Below, piece by piece: positions 11,789 to 24,846 of a stretch of DNA of 64,000 bases. The notes beneath the pieces are model-generated. The model searched no databases, had not been told where the DNA came from, and was given only the letters and a program-made list of their open reading frames with translations. Where the stretch lies: contig JARDVH010000001.1 in NCBI GenBank assembly GCA_030324005.1, forward strand, positions 84,056,905 to 84,120,904, written 5' to 3'. Each line of letters begins with the position of its first letter. The first letter of the stretch is position 1. Origin of the DNA: Negaprion brevirostris (lineage: Eukaryota). The translations under genes and the position numbers were made by a program.

Positions 11789-12929
11789 CTGTAAAATACA
11801 GCTTCCTTGTTTTCTGCACTATTAAGTTGCAATTTTCAATCACATAATTAGATTATCATCCTCTTGGAATCTCACAAGAAGCTCATTTTCTGCTTGTTGA
11901 GGTGCTAAACTTTGATTGTCATGGTTGAAGACTGATATTAAGTCTTAACTTCTCATAGAGGTACAGGACACAATTTCTGAAAGGTGACATGAAACTTAAA
12001 CAGGTATAAAGGGACTTCAAGGAGATATGGACAGGCTGGGCAGGTACATGGCAGACAAAATTTAACACAAATGAGGGAAGTAATAGACTTTATTAAGAAA
12101 AATAAGAAGAGAGATACAATTTTAATGAGGTACAAGAATTGACAGGCCTGGAAATGCTTGTGCACAAACCTTTGAAGATGGCAAGGCAATTTGACAAAGC
12201 AGTCAAAGGAGTATGGCACCTTGGTTCATATAACCATAAAAACCTATAATACAAAATTGTTGCAGTTACCTGTGAGTTTATAAATAGAGGTAATGTACAA
12301 AAGCCAAGAAATTTTGCAAGCCTATATGAATCAATAGTTCAGCCTGAGATGGAGTATCATGCCCATTTCTGAGCACGACACTTTGGGAAGGGAATTGAAG
12401 ACTATTTTTAAAATTCATTAATTGGATGTGGGCATCGCTGACTAGGCCAACATTTATTATCATTCCTTAGTTTATCTTAAGAAGGTGTTGGTGAGTTGCC
12501 TTCTTGCGAGCTGTAGTCTCTGAGGTGCAGGTACACCCAAGGTGTTAGGTAAGCGTTCCAGGATTTTGATCCAGCGACAGTGATGGAACAGCGATATATT
12601 TCCAAAGCAGGATGATGAGCAACTTGGAGGGGAACTTCCAGATGGTGGTGCTCTTCTGCTTCTAGCTTGTACCAGTAGTGGGTTTGGAAAGTGCTGTCTA
12701 AGGAATCTTTGTGAGCTCCTGCAGTAAATCTTGTGGCTGACATGCATGGTTGCCACTCTTTGTCAATGGTGGAGGGAGTGAATGTTTGTAGAAGGGATAG
12801 CAATCAAGTTGATTGCTTTGTCCTGGATAGTGATGAGTTTCTTGTTGTTGTTGGAGCTGCAATCATCATTTCAGTTTCTGATCATTCTCAGGATGTTTGT
12901 AGTGGGATATTCAATGAGCAAATACCACT

Positions 12930-13435
12930 GTCAAAACTTCACTCAACCTTCTCTTCGCCAGGGAGAATGGTCTCAACTTCTCTAATCTACCTACATAACT
13001 AAAATTATCTGCATCTCTCTAATGACTTCACATCCTTCTAAAGTGTAACATCTGGAACTAGAAGCAATACTTCAGTTGTGGCTGAACTAGTGTTTCTTAA
13101 TAATATAACATATCATCCTCTTTTTTGTATCCTAAGCCCTAAGTCCAATGTTTTATTAACCGCTCTGTCAATTTGTCCTCCTACATTCACTGATTCCTCC
13201 ACATATACAGGCAAGCCAATCTGCTTCTGCAACTCCTTTATAATTGTACCCTTTACATTATATTGTTTCTTTCCATTTTCCTACCAAAATCAATCACGTC
13301 ACATTTCTCTGTTAAATTTCATCCGCTACTTGACTGGCCATTCCATCAATCTGTCCATGTTCTTTGAAGTTCTACAAATTCCTTCTCATAGTTCACAATA
13401 TTTCTAATTTTCGTACCATCCCCAGCTTTTGAAAT
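12930..13435 (-). mobile_element. Old CR1 LINE fragment
   Basis: Degenerate match to the CR1 ORF2 C-terminal region seen at 30530-31050 and 39085-39585. Confidence 0.55.
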
Positions 13436-13910
13436 TCCTGGAACTGCTTTCCCAACAGCACTGCAGTGAATCAAGAAGGTGGTTTACCACCACCTTCTCA
13501 AGGGCAATTCCTTGCCAGTGATGCACACATCTCATGAAAGATTCATAGTTAAAGCTGCATTGAGCTGTCCTCAATCTATTGCAGTTTCCTTCTGAACTAC
13601 ATTTCCTAAGTTTATAATTCTAATGTAACTAACGACCTCTTCATGTGTCCTTGCCATTTTCCTTGCCTAAGTGACCATGTGAAACATACCAGGCTATTTC
13701 ACTGTCTGGGTATTGCAGCCATAAAGCCTCCAATCATTAATCACTGGATAAAACTAAAAGCCCAGGCCAAATTTTTATCCCTGTAACCCAGGGCTAATTT
13801 CAGTTGTAGAGCACTGGCAAATGCCCAACTCATATCAAATAATTCATTGTAGACTAAGGATCAACTTTGTAGTGAATCTTTGAATCAATAGGACTTAATT
13901 ACTAAACAGA

Positions 13911-14336
13911 TAAAAGCAAGTTACTGCCGACGCTGGAATCTGAAACAAAAACAGAAAATGCTGGAAAATCTCAGCAGGTCTGACAGTATCTGTGGAGAGG
14001 GAATGGAGCTAATGTTTCGAATCAGGATGGCCCTTTGTCATAGGCATCCATTTTAAAATGTAACCAATGATAACAGGCTGTGGTGGTCAGCTGACCAGCT
14101 GACCCGGTATAAATAGAAAGCAGATGGGAGTGGGCTGGGTCTGCCATTTGTGGCCTAAATTGTGATTGTAGTGAAGTTTCTTTGTTGAATCTTCACTTTG
14201 AGAAGTTTTTTTTATTGCTTGCTACTTGAGTATCCTTACTGCCAGATAGAACAGCCCAGACTTGAATCAATAGTTTCACTTGCTCTCCACAATTGCTGTC
14301 AGACCTGCTGATATTTTTCAGCATTTTCTGTTTTTG
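13911..14336. mobile_element. Palindromic Penelope-derived element with a central CCAAT/TATA segment
   Basis: Inverted arms 13911-14040 and ~14255-14336; flanks ttactaaacaga / ttacttaacaga. Confidence 0.7.
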
Positions 14337-14753
14337 TTACTTAACAGACAACAGTGGGGAAAATGTGAAGTTGCTACTTACCAACAGATTTACTCTAATA
14401 TGGACAGTATTTCAAAGCATTTAAAGACATTATTGGGGCAGAACTTTGTGCTTGAGAACTAGTGTGAGTGCTGCACAACGCATTTTGTGTCACTCAGGCA
14501 CTGGCTAGGAGCAGGACTTCAGCTGTGATCAAGGACCCTGAGGATTGAGGTCTCACCCTCTGAGAGCTGCTGGCCAGTTAAGGGCTGGGAGATCTACTAT
14601 ACACTGTGGAGTCAGTGGCTGTTGCTGGTAACACACTCAACTGAGGCCTCGGATTGAGAAAGCACCCAGGCACAGGGCTGTGCGGGCTTGTAGGGCCAAA
14701 GGGCATGTTTCCTCTGCGGTGTTGTTCTTTGTAAGTGATAGCAGGAAGGGAAG

Positions 14754-15065
14754 GTGGCACAGCGGTTAGCACTAGTGCCTCACAGAGGCTAGGATCAGGG
14801 TTTGATTCCTGGCTTGGGTCACTGTCTATGTGGAGCTCGCATGGTCTCCCCATGTCTGCGTGTGTTTCCAGATGCTCCGGTTTCCTTCCACTGTCTGAAT
14901 GTGTGCAGGTTAGGTGGATTGGCCATGCTAAACTGCCCCTTAGTATCAGGGGCACTAGCTAGGGTAAAAGCATGGGGTTATGGGGATAGGCCTGGGTGGG
15001 ATTGTGGTTGGTGCAGGCTCAATGGGCTGAATGGCCTCCTTCTGCACTGTAGGGTTCTATGATTG
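14754..15065 (+). mobile_element. HE1-type SINE, near full length
   Basis: gtggcacagcggttagcact head, core, and ctgtagggttctatgatt tail. Confidence 0.9.
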
Positions 15066-16317
15066 TGTGATGGTGGTTGAGGGGGAGAGGAGAGTTATCA
15101 ACATGGGAAGAGGGTGGCTTTCAACAACCATACCCCCCTTGCTGGCGAGATTTGTGACACTGAGTTTTCGCTGCTGATGCAGTGATGGCGAACGTGGACT
15201 CAAGATCCCACCCAGGATCTGAAACTCATCTTGTGACCCACTCAGTTTTCCTTTTCACTGTCTGCCAGCTCACCTAGTGCTAGCATCAAACTGCCTTAGT
15301 AAAACAATATTATAATCAGTCACGTACTGACTTCACTAAGCTCATTATGCTTTCAAGTGGGAACAAGAAACATCAACTAGAGGCATTTTAGCCAATTATA
15401 CAGCAGAGACACCATTAAAACTGCTGATTCCCGATTAAATGGGTTCTGAAGTTCAACCAACAACAAATACACTGATGGTTGCATTGTAGCAAGCAGATTG
15501 CAGATCTTGAATTCAGAGCAATGTCAGAAAATATTTTATTTTTACCCTTTTGAGAACAGGAAGACTGCGATTGGAAAAGCAATCCAAAACAGCAACAGTC
15601 CACCAGGCAAAGGAATAGACTAGATTATCAAAGAGACTGGAAAATGAAACCAACTTAATCCTCTTCAAATACAGCTTTTTTGTAGGCTATATTTAAAAAG
15701 AAATATAAGTGCTGGAGAATACAACCAGAGTCATAGCTCTCTGTCTGAAATGTAATGAGGACCCTGGATGATAATGTGGCTTCATTATCAAGAATGCCAG
15801 CGGGTTGTCAAGGCTATAAAAGTAAAGGTGAAATTATCTAGATAAAATAGGATAATGATGTAGCCAGCACTCTCTACCAAATTTGTAGTGAGGAAGATGT
15901 TTACTGACATCAATAATGAACTGGGCGACATGGACAAGTTGGGCCAAAGGGCCTGTTTCCAAACTGTAAATCTCTACTTCTCTCATAAGGGCCTGCTGGA
16001 ATGATCATCTTACAGATGCTTTATTATAGTCTTTTAGATTTGAGCTTGAGGTGACAAGCTGCTCTTATACATCTAACTGTTTAAAAGTGCAGCATGATTC
16101 ATTTGATTAATTCTAAGAATCAAAATAGTGGCCTCAGACATTCAGCAGCAGATTCATGTGTTTTTTTTTAAATTCCTTCGTGGGATAAGGGCATAACTGC
16201 CTGGGCCAGCACTTATTGCTCATCTCTGATTGTAGTTACGAAGGGGCTGGTGAGGCCTCCTTCTTAAACTACTCCAGGCCATATAGCGCAACTACACCCA
16301 CAGTATTTTTAGAAAGA

Positions 16318-16667
16318 GGGCGGCACAGTAGCACAGTGGTTAACACTGCTGTTTCATAGCTCCAGGGATCTGGGGGTTCGATTCCTGGCTTGGATCACTG
16401 TATGGAGTTTGCACATTCTCCTCATGTCTGTGTGGGTTTCCTCCAGGTGCTCTGGTTTCCTCCTGCAGTCCAAAGATGTGCAGGTTAGGTTGATTGGCCA
16501 TGCTAAAATTGCCACTTAGTGTCCTGAGATGTGAAGGTTAGAGGAATTAGTGGGTAAATATGGAGGGATATGGGGACAGGGAATGGCTGGGATTGTGGTC
16601 AGTGTAGATTTGATGGGCTAAGTGGCCTCTTTCTGCACTGTAGGGTTTCTATGATTTCTATGATTCT
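16318..16667 (+). mobile_element. HE1-type SINE, full length, nested in a LINE tail
   Basis: gggcggcacagtagcacagtggttaacact...gggttcgattcc...(ttctatga)n; LINE sequence on both sides. Confidence 0.9.
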
Positions 16668-17799
16668 AGGTTTCCAAGATCTTGACTCAGTGACAGTAAA
16701 AGAACGGCAATATATTTCCAAATGGGGATGACATATGGCTTGGAAGGGAACTTGCAGGTGACAGTGCTCCTTTGCATCTGCTGCCCTTGTCCTGGAAGGT
16801 GTTAGCGGTTGAGGGTTTGCAAGGTGCTGTTAAAGGAGCTTTAGGTGCTGAGAGTAACAGTGGGAGGTCACAGATTGTTATGTTTTCTGGTATTACACTA
16901 TAGCAGGTCATTCATTCTTAAAAACAGCTAAAGTTATGTCTCAAGAGGTTAACTCCATGGGACAACAAGCCTGGGAGATAAAGATTAGCATTCAGAAGAG
17001 GAAGGAAACAAGATAGTTCAGACTATGAAAGTTAGTTGGAAAATTTTTATAGGTTGCACATATATTTGCCAGTTCTCCTTTCTGTCATGGCCAGGGACTA
17101 TGCAGAATATAAAATGCATGAGACTGTGTTACCATTCTGTGTATGAGTTCATTGGGCACTTATATGCTGTGCAAAGAATATGGTTGAAATAATGTGGTTA
17201 TTTATTTCCACTGTTTAGCCATCCCATCATCACCACCGAGAATAGTTTTCATGCCTTAGTATGGTGGCAGCTTAACTACAACATAAATTAGATCACTGTC
17301 CCGCAGGACTCTGCATTGAGGCTTAAGAAAAATTTTCAATACAGAATGATGAGCTGAAAGTCTCCCCTGACTAGATATAAGAAACTTACACAAGACTAGT
17401 TTTCATAGTTTCAATCTCAGTCCCAATAGTCATAGGTTTACATTACAAATCTGATGCTAATTGACAATCTCATCCAGGGATACACAGGATGCTGTTGTGG
17501 AAAGTGAGAAATGTTATGCTAGTAAAGGAAGGCAATTGNNNNNNNNNNNNNNNNNNNNNNNNNNNNNNNNNNNNNNNNNNNNNNNNNNNNNNNNNNNNNN
17601 NNNNNNNNNNNNNNNNNNNNNNNNNNNNNNNNNNNNNNNNNNNNNNNNNNNNNNNNNNNNNNNNNNNNNNNNNNNNNNNNNNNNNNNNNNNCAATGTCCC
17701 ATGTGCCTTGGAAACAACCTCAAAATTCATTCATAGTTCACTTTCTGAAAGATGTCAATGATTAAATCAGAAAAGGCTATGCCATCTATGATTGATGAT

Positions 17800-18450
17800 C
17801 ATGAGACCATAAGAAATAGAAACAGGAGTAGGTTGTTCTGTCCCTTGAGCCTGCTCTACCATTCGAAAGGATCATGGCCAATCCGACATTCCTAATGTCC
17901 ACTTTCCTGTCATTTCCCTATAACTCTTGATTCCCTTACTGATTAAAAATCTATCTATCTCAACCTTAAGTACACACAATGACTCTGCACCCACAGCTCT
18001 CTTTGCAAGAAGTTCCAAAGACTCACAACCCTCCGAGAGAAGAAATTCCTCCTCATCTCAGTCTTGAATTGATTCCCTTTCATTCTGAGACTGTACCATC
18101 TGGTCCTAGACTCTCCCATGAGGGGAAATATCGGCCAGAATTTTACTATCCCACCCGTCATGGGAATCAGAGCGTGTGAGGGGCGGACAATGGAAAGATC
18201 TGTTGACCTTTGGTGGGATTTTGCGGTTTTGGGGTGAGTGAGGCCGTGAAATCCCACCTATCCTCTCAGCATTCACCCATCAAGCCCCTTAAGAATCCTA
18301 CATGTTTCAATGAGATTACTCCCCATTCTTCTAAATTCCAATGAGTAGAGTCCCAAGCTGTTTAACCTTTCCTCGTAAGACAATCCTTCCATACTGGGGT
18401 AGGAGGGATCCTGGGGATCATACTAGTGAACCTTCTATAAACTGCCTCCA
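17800..18450 (-). mobile_element. CR1 LINE 3' end split by a small MITE
   Basis: FPLMGESRTR...FKTEMRRNFFSRRVVSLWN. Confidence 0.85.
18132..18258. mobile_element. 127-bp MITE, TSD TAT
   Basis: cggccagaattttac...gtgaaatcccacc; TAT at 18129-18131 and 18259-18261; removing it restores CR1 ggggaaatatcctctcagc. Confidence 0.8.
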
Positions 18451-18564
18451 ATTAAATAATATTTATTATCTAGTAATAAACCAGGGAATCTCCATAGCAG
18501 AAAATAATATAGGAGATATCAAGATGAAGGGAAAGATTCACAATCTAAAGTTGTTGAACCAAAG

Positions 18565-18758
18565 AGAATCATAGAATCCTTACAGCGCAGAAGGAGATCA
18601 TTCAGCCCATCGAGTCTGATTCGCCAACAATCCTCCCCAGGCCTTCTCCCCGTTAGCCCACATATTTACCCCGCTAATCCCTCTAACCTATGCATCCTGG
18701 GACATTAAGTGACAATTTAGCGTGGCCAATGCACCTAACCTGCACATCTTTGGACTGT
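18565..18758 (-). mobile_element. HE1-type SINE 3' half
   Basis: Tail and core motifs. Confidence 0.8.
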
Positions 18759-19049
18759 TGTATGTGTAGATTTCATTTTAAGAGTTATGTGGTTAACTGT
18801 TCCTATATTGCAACAGTGTACAAAGATAGTGGTGCTGTTTATTCTGCTTGGGGTGAGGGTGAGTAGGAGTATGTGATGGTTTGGAGTGTGAGTCTATCCA
18901 AGCCAGTACTGTTTTATTTGGTTCTTTGTAAGCTGTCTTCAAAGACACCTACATCTGTTTCCTGTGTCCTTCTTGGAAAGGCACAAATCCAATAAATTGG
19001 CACCAACTGGGATTCAAAATAAATATTTAATAAATTGAACAAAATATAG

Positions 19050-22000
19050 AGTGTAACTGGTGCCAATCCATCAGTTTTTGCCACCGTTTACAGCAAATTG
19101 CAAAGATAACATTAGACTGAATGGTTTGAGCTATATCTTGCTGCAAACAGCTTGAGGATGCCTAGTGCAGATAGTGTTCTAAACAACATGAGGGTCGTAG
19201 AGATTCTACTGAATTCAAAAGGAGCACAATACTATGGAGTAATGAGAGATTTGGTTTCACTAGATGAGCCCAGCAGCAAGTTGTATGACAACTTGAAGAT
19301 GAGACTATGAAGACACCTGGAAAAAATGCCAGTAACTGTGACAGAGGGCAGGACCTTGAGCCCCATTCACTGTCTGGGGCATTGTTGACAGGGGCACAAC
19401 ATGCACCAAAACCCAGAAGTCACGGATTGTGTGGGGGAGAGACAGGTGTGGCAAACTCAACCACAGACAGGAATTATGTTTGTGCAGGAAGAATCATGGT
19501 AAATGCTGAGTATGTAAAGCCACAAAGGAACACGCAGAACCAGGAGAAGAGCAGTGACAAGCAAAGGTTCTGCTTTCCACTTGGAACAAGTCACCACCCT
19601 GAGGTGAGATGGTTTAAATCAGTAACTTGCAGTGTTCAAAAGCTGAACAGAGAGGAAATACTGAAGCCCAAGTCATTGGCACATTAGAGCCACACAAATT
19701 ATCCATGGCAAATGGCAAAATAAACATAGGTTACTGAAGATGTACATGGGTGGCAGTGGGAATGAGAACGATGGCACCAATGTCAATATCATGTTGATGT
19801 TTTGTGATGATGCAAAATTTAGCATTGGGCCAATAGATACAGTGTGTAAGGCTGTTAATTTAAAGTCGATACTGAGCCCAGTGTTTTGCCTTCTATGAAG
19901 ACAACTTGGATCATTTAACAATATTTGCAGCAGACAGGTCATTTGCTAGTTTCAAATGAAGAAGTATCAAGCTCACTGGAAAGATGATGATGAAGATTCG
20001 ATAAGTTAACTTCAAAAGTAAGCTGAGTTTGGATGTTGTAGAGTAAACAAATTCAATAGTACTGGGTCAAGATTCATTAGAAGTAATTCCTCTAAGATGG
20101 GAGTCTCCATCCATGTCAGTGGGCTACGATGAAGGGAGAAGTACATTAGACTTAGCGAGCATGTATTGAAGAAACACTCAAAGTTGTTTGATAAGAAGTT
20201 AGGTAAGTGTTTGCCTGTCAAGGCAAAAGTGACTGTGAAAGAGGGCGTGAATCTAATCAGAACAAATACTTACAAAGTTTCTTATGCGATGAAAGACAAT
20301 TGGAACAGGAGTTGAATCAACTCAAAATGCAGTGTCTTGACATCATGGGTGATCTTGGTCCCACTGCTGCCATCCGTTTCAACCTCCGAAAGTCTCAGAT
20401 CTCACCAGTGAGATTGTGATTCTGGATTTTCCCTGCAAGGCATCACATTGGTATGGTTTACAAGAGGCTCACCCACATGTGAACGTATCGTGGAATGCTG
20501 GCTCCAATGTAGTGTGGTGAATGAGAGGGGGCAGCTCCTGAGACCCCCATGATGGGCTGGGGAGGAGGTTTATTGCTCTTCTGATCGGAATGGCCTATAA
20601 ACATATCAGCCCGATGTCAGTTCAGCTAGCCTTTGTCGGCATGTTGAGGAGTAGTCCCTCTACATGATGGTGTGAAGCATGCCTCCTTGATCTTTTTTGG
20701 CTGAGTGTTGTAAGATACAAAGGGAAAACTATTCTATTCCCTTGGAGAGAAACATGCCAGTTTTTCTTGTCAAAAACAACACTCTGCCATTTTTTTGGTA
20801 AGATTTTGCCAATTAGTGCCACATTGGAGTTCAGGTTTCATTGCAGTCCCAAAATAAATTAGTACACTTCGATTATAACAAGAATATCAGAGGGGGTCAG
20901 GGTGGGAGAAGGCGGTTGGAACAGGAGGACAGAGTCAGATCTGAAGGGGTGCTTGGGGGCAGCACGGTTGCACAATGGCTGCACTGCTACCTCAGCGCGC
21001 CAGGGACCCAGGTTTGATTCCAGCCTTGAGTGACTGGGTAGAGTTTGCAAGTTCTCCATGTGTCTGCATGGGTTTCTTCCAGGTGATCTGGTTTCCTCCA
21101 ACAGTCCAAAGATGTGCAGCTTAGGTGGATTAGCCATGATAAACGTGTGAGTTTACAGGGATAAGGCAGAAGGAAAGGCCTGGATGATGTGTTTTTTCAG
21201 AGTCAATGCAGACTTGATGGGCTGAATGGCCTCTTTCTACACTGTTGGAGTTCCGTTGGTGGTCGGTTGTGGGTAAGGGTGCTGTTACAGGTCCCCTAGG
21301 AGTGTCATGGGTGGGGGAAGGAGGGGTGGTGGGGGTGTCACCTGCAAGGCTGGGTTTGAGTGTGGAAAAACGTTACACTGGAGTTAGAAGTGTTTTTCCT
21401 TCTAACTCTTTCCGAGTAACAATTAGAGTAACACTGGCAGAACTGCCTAAAGTTAGTAATTTAAATCAAATGGTACCAAGCCCAGTGCTATTGTCTAGGG
21501 GAAGTTAGTACTTTTGGACAATTGCCGGGTAAACCCTTACAATGGGAACCTCTANNNNNNNNNTGAGGTGCCTCCAAATCCCACGCTGGAGAACCTGGAA
21601 GTTCTGGGCCTCGGAGTCTTGGTATTGGCTGCACCAACTGTTGTGGATTATGTTAACGTAAAGCACAAATTCAGAGCAGCATAGCATCCAAACACAAATA
21701 GACAAGTAAAGCATTTTGTTCAAACCACTGAAGCCAGCGAGGTTCAATCTAGACTAGGCTACAGAAGTTCCTGTTAACATACAGAAATGTTGTTCATTGT
21801 TTTGAGGGAATCTCCATTCACCTTATCCACAGGCAGATCCCTAGTCATACACCTAAGCAACATGTGCTCAAACATTGATATTTAATATAAAGAGCAGTTA
21901 TACAAACAGACATGGGATCAAGATAAGCATAGTGGGGTTGGCAAACTGAAGGTGTTGATGCCTGCTACAAATTTAATAGGCAAACAGAATTGTCTCTGGG

Positions 22001-22670
22001 AACAATAGTAGGCAGGGAAGGTTCAGTCAATTGTAAGATTTATGTGCTAACAGTAATCTGGAAACATTATGAAGGGCAAGCAAAATTTTCCTAGAATACC
22101 TGGAATGTGAAAGGAACCAGAGTTCACAGCAACAAGTGGACAGCAAGTTTCACTTCTTCAGGCTAATGATACACTCATCGATTGTGATGAAAGGTTTGAT
22201 AATTTAAAAAATACTCTGATTATTCCTATATGCACTTCCATCCCTTATTAAGAGTCGATGTCATAAAAATCTAGAGGTTGATATTAATGATTCAGCATGA
22301 GGGCCGTAAGGGGCAAGGATTGGAGGGTCACATTATCCATTGGCCAATCAGGTCAAAGTGACCAAATCCTGGCTGTGCATGGGCTGTCCATGGCAGTCTA
22401 GGACTTGGACTCGAAGCAATCAATCTCACTCTCCATAAGTAATTATTATAGTTAATAAATAGTTTTGTTGTTACTCCCCTTGGTTGACGCCACTCCTTCT
22501 AAGATACCGCAAGCTGGCTGAGGTAGAATTACCGGGAAATCTAGAGGGAGACGATAGAACAGAAATGAAACGGGGTTCATCCACTACCGAATCTCCAAGG
22601 AGCATGAGAGGATCATATCAGAAAAGGGAACCTCCTGACCGGTGGGTAACACGGCGGTGGGGGGATGTGA
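19050..22670 (+). mobile_element. Eroded Gypsy LTR-retrotransposon relic with nested insertions
   Basis: Gag-like WFELYLAANS...ILLNSKGAQYYGVMRDLVSLDEPSSKLYDNL; LKKHSKLFDKKLG; integrase-like NVKHKFRAA*HPNTNRQVKHFVQT...QKFLLTYRN (~21655-21790); REPPDRW followed by a purine tract and TG at 22666. Confidence 0.65.
20955..21250 (+). mobile_element. HE1-type SINE variant
   Basis: ggggcagcacggttgcacaatgg head and core. Confidence 0.8.
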
Positions 22671-22944
22671 GAGGCTGGTGTGCACTATCACGTCTGGGAA
22701 TAACATTTTAATTCAACTAGTTAAGTTTATTTTGGTTAGAATGCCCCATCAGGGTCTTTCACCCCTGCCATTGTGTTTAATTTATTGATTGTTTTTTATT
22801 GATTATATCTGGTGGTGCCACATTCACTGCAATCACATGCAGAGTAACATTGTATCAGTCCATCAGGCAAATGGAAAACAGCAAGAAAGAAATCTGAATT
22901 AGAAGTATGATTATTTTGAACTTCTAGGAACTAAAACACATATG

Positions 22945-23345
22945 GTACGTCTTACCAAAAAAATCTAAGAGTCGAATTTGTGTAAAAACTGGAGTGAACC
23001 CTGTTGGTTTTTCTCAGTGGGATTTTCAAAATGAATCTCCCACACTATGCATCACAGAGACCCCTAGTGCGATTCCTGTTGGTAGTCAGTTGGCGGGGCC
23101 TATCCATGCTGGAGAGGCTGGCAGCATAGCGCTGAGCGGGTGTCTGCACATGTGCCAACCTGTCAGAGCGGAGGCCGGCATACGCACAGTTGCCCTGCAG
23201 TGGTAGCCTCCCAACCACTGGCCAATCCCGCAACCCAGCAGTCCCACACCCACCGATCTCCCCCTCAAAGACCCTGTCCCCTTGGCACAGCCCAATGCCT
23301 AGTTGGCAGTGCCAAAGTGCCCTGTGGGCAGTGCCAGGGGCCAAG
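22945..23345. mobile_element. GC-rich non-autonomous element (related pieces at 25682-26385 and ~54775-55600)
   Basis: Start ccaaaaaaatctaagagtcgaatttgtgtaaaaactggag resembles 25695 ccaaaaacttctaagtgccaaactcacgtaaaaacag. Confidence 0.5.
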
Positions 23346-24478
23346 CTTCAACACTTTAAATATTCCTTCTCACACCTGTGTTTTTTTTTTGCTTTGCTCC
23401 TGGCCTAGGCACAACTTACATTCTGACATGAGACATCAACAAAGTGTCAGCTCCTGGTCAAAACCAGTAAACCACCACTAAATTAAAAATAATCTTTTGC
23501 TCTCTTAGAAGAAGAGAATCAGTCTGAAATCCACAATTCTGACTGTAGCTTGGAGCCATTTTGAAAGTCTTTAAATTCAGTCCAAGGTTTCTTTTAAATA
23601 AATGTATCTTTACACCAATTTTTTCTAAAACATATATACTATCATGACTGCAAACTCCAACAGTTCTTCTATTGTGACAGTATATGAAGGTGATGGGCAC
23701 TGTTCCCTTCTGCATGGGCGGTTTCTGGCATGTGTATCTGGAGGAGTTGGTTGAGCATTTTTTTGTATATGGTCTTTGAAGCCATTGACAATTTGTCCTT
23801 CTTGGAATGATCTGATTGCTCCCAATTTAGTGATTAGCTTTTATCCTNNNNNNNNNNNNNNNNNNNNNNNNNNNNNNNNNNNNNNNNNNNNNNNNNNNNN
23901 NNNNNNNNNNNNNNNNNNNNNNNNNNNNNNNNNNNNNNNNNNNNNNNNNNNNNNNNNNNNNNNNNNNNNNNNNNNNNNNNNNNNNNNNNNNNNNNNNNNN
24001 NNNNNNNNNNNNNNNNNNNNNNNNNNNNNNNNNNNNNNNNNNNNNNNNNNNNNNNNNNNNNNNNNNNNNNNNNNNNNNNNNNNNNNNNNNNNNNNNNNNN
24101 NNNNNNNNNNNNNNNNNNNNNNNNNNNNNNNNNNNNNNNNNNNNNNNNNNNNNNNNNNNNNNNNNNNNNNNNNNNNNNNNNNNNNNNNNNNNNNNNNNNN
24201 NNNNNNNNNNNNNNNNNNNNNNNNNNNNNNNNNNNNNNNNNNNNNNNNNNNNNNNNNNNNNNNNNNNNNNNNNNNNNNNNNNNNNNNNNNNNNNNNNNNN
24301 NNNNNNNNNNNNNNNNNNNNNNNNNNNNNNNNNNNNNNNNNNNNNNNNNNNNNNNNNNNNNNNNNNNNNNNNNNNNNNNNNNNNNNNNNNNNNNNNNNNN
24401 NNNNNNNNNNNNNNNNNNNNNNNNNNNNNNNNNNNNNNNNNNNNNNNNNNNNNNNNNNNNNNNNNNNNNNNNNNNNNN

Positions 24479-24846
24479 CCGAACTGAATCAGAGAGCTGT
24501 CAGAAGCGCTGATCCTACTTCTTCAGAGGCTGGGGCCTCCGAAACAGACCTTTTGCTGAACATGGCTGTTTCGCGCTAAATCTAGACAGGCGAATGCAAT
24601 GGTAAAGGGGGAAATGTAGGTAAGATTGGGCATCCAGCTCATTAAGTCAATTTAAATGCATGCAAAGGCATTTTAAATTGATGTTGTGCCCAGTTCAGAC
24701 ACAGTTCAGATCACGGCCATTTCTGAGCCTTGTTAAAGTGGGAATCCGCGCAGATTTGGGGGCGGATCGCACTAATTACCTCATGTCCAACATTACCAAG
24801 TTTTCGTGCCTGAAAACGGGTATGACACAATGGTAAAATCGGGTCC
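24479..24846. mobile_element. Right part of the ~0.85-kb MITE family (left part lies in the gap)
   Basis: Homologous to ~58240-58546; ends ggtaaaatcgggtcc followed by tta. Confidence 0.75.

Noticed and set aside
16318-16400. A/B-box-like sequence as a tRNA gene
   Set aside because: It is a SINE head running into SINE core and tail, with no complete cloverleaf; the same applies to the other SINE copies.
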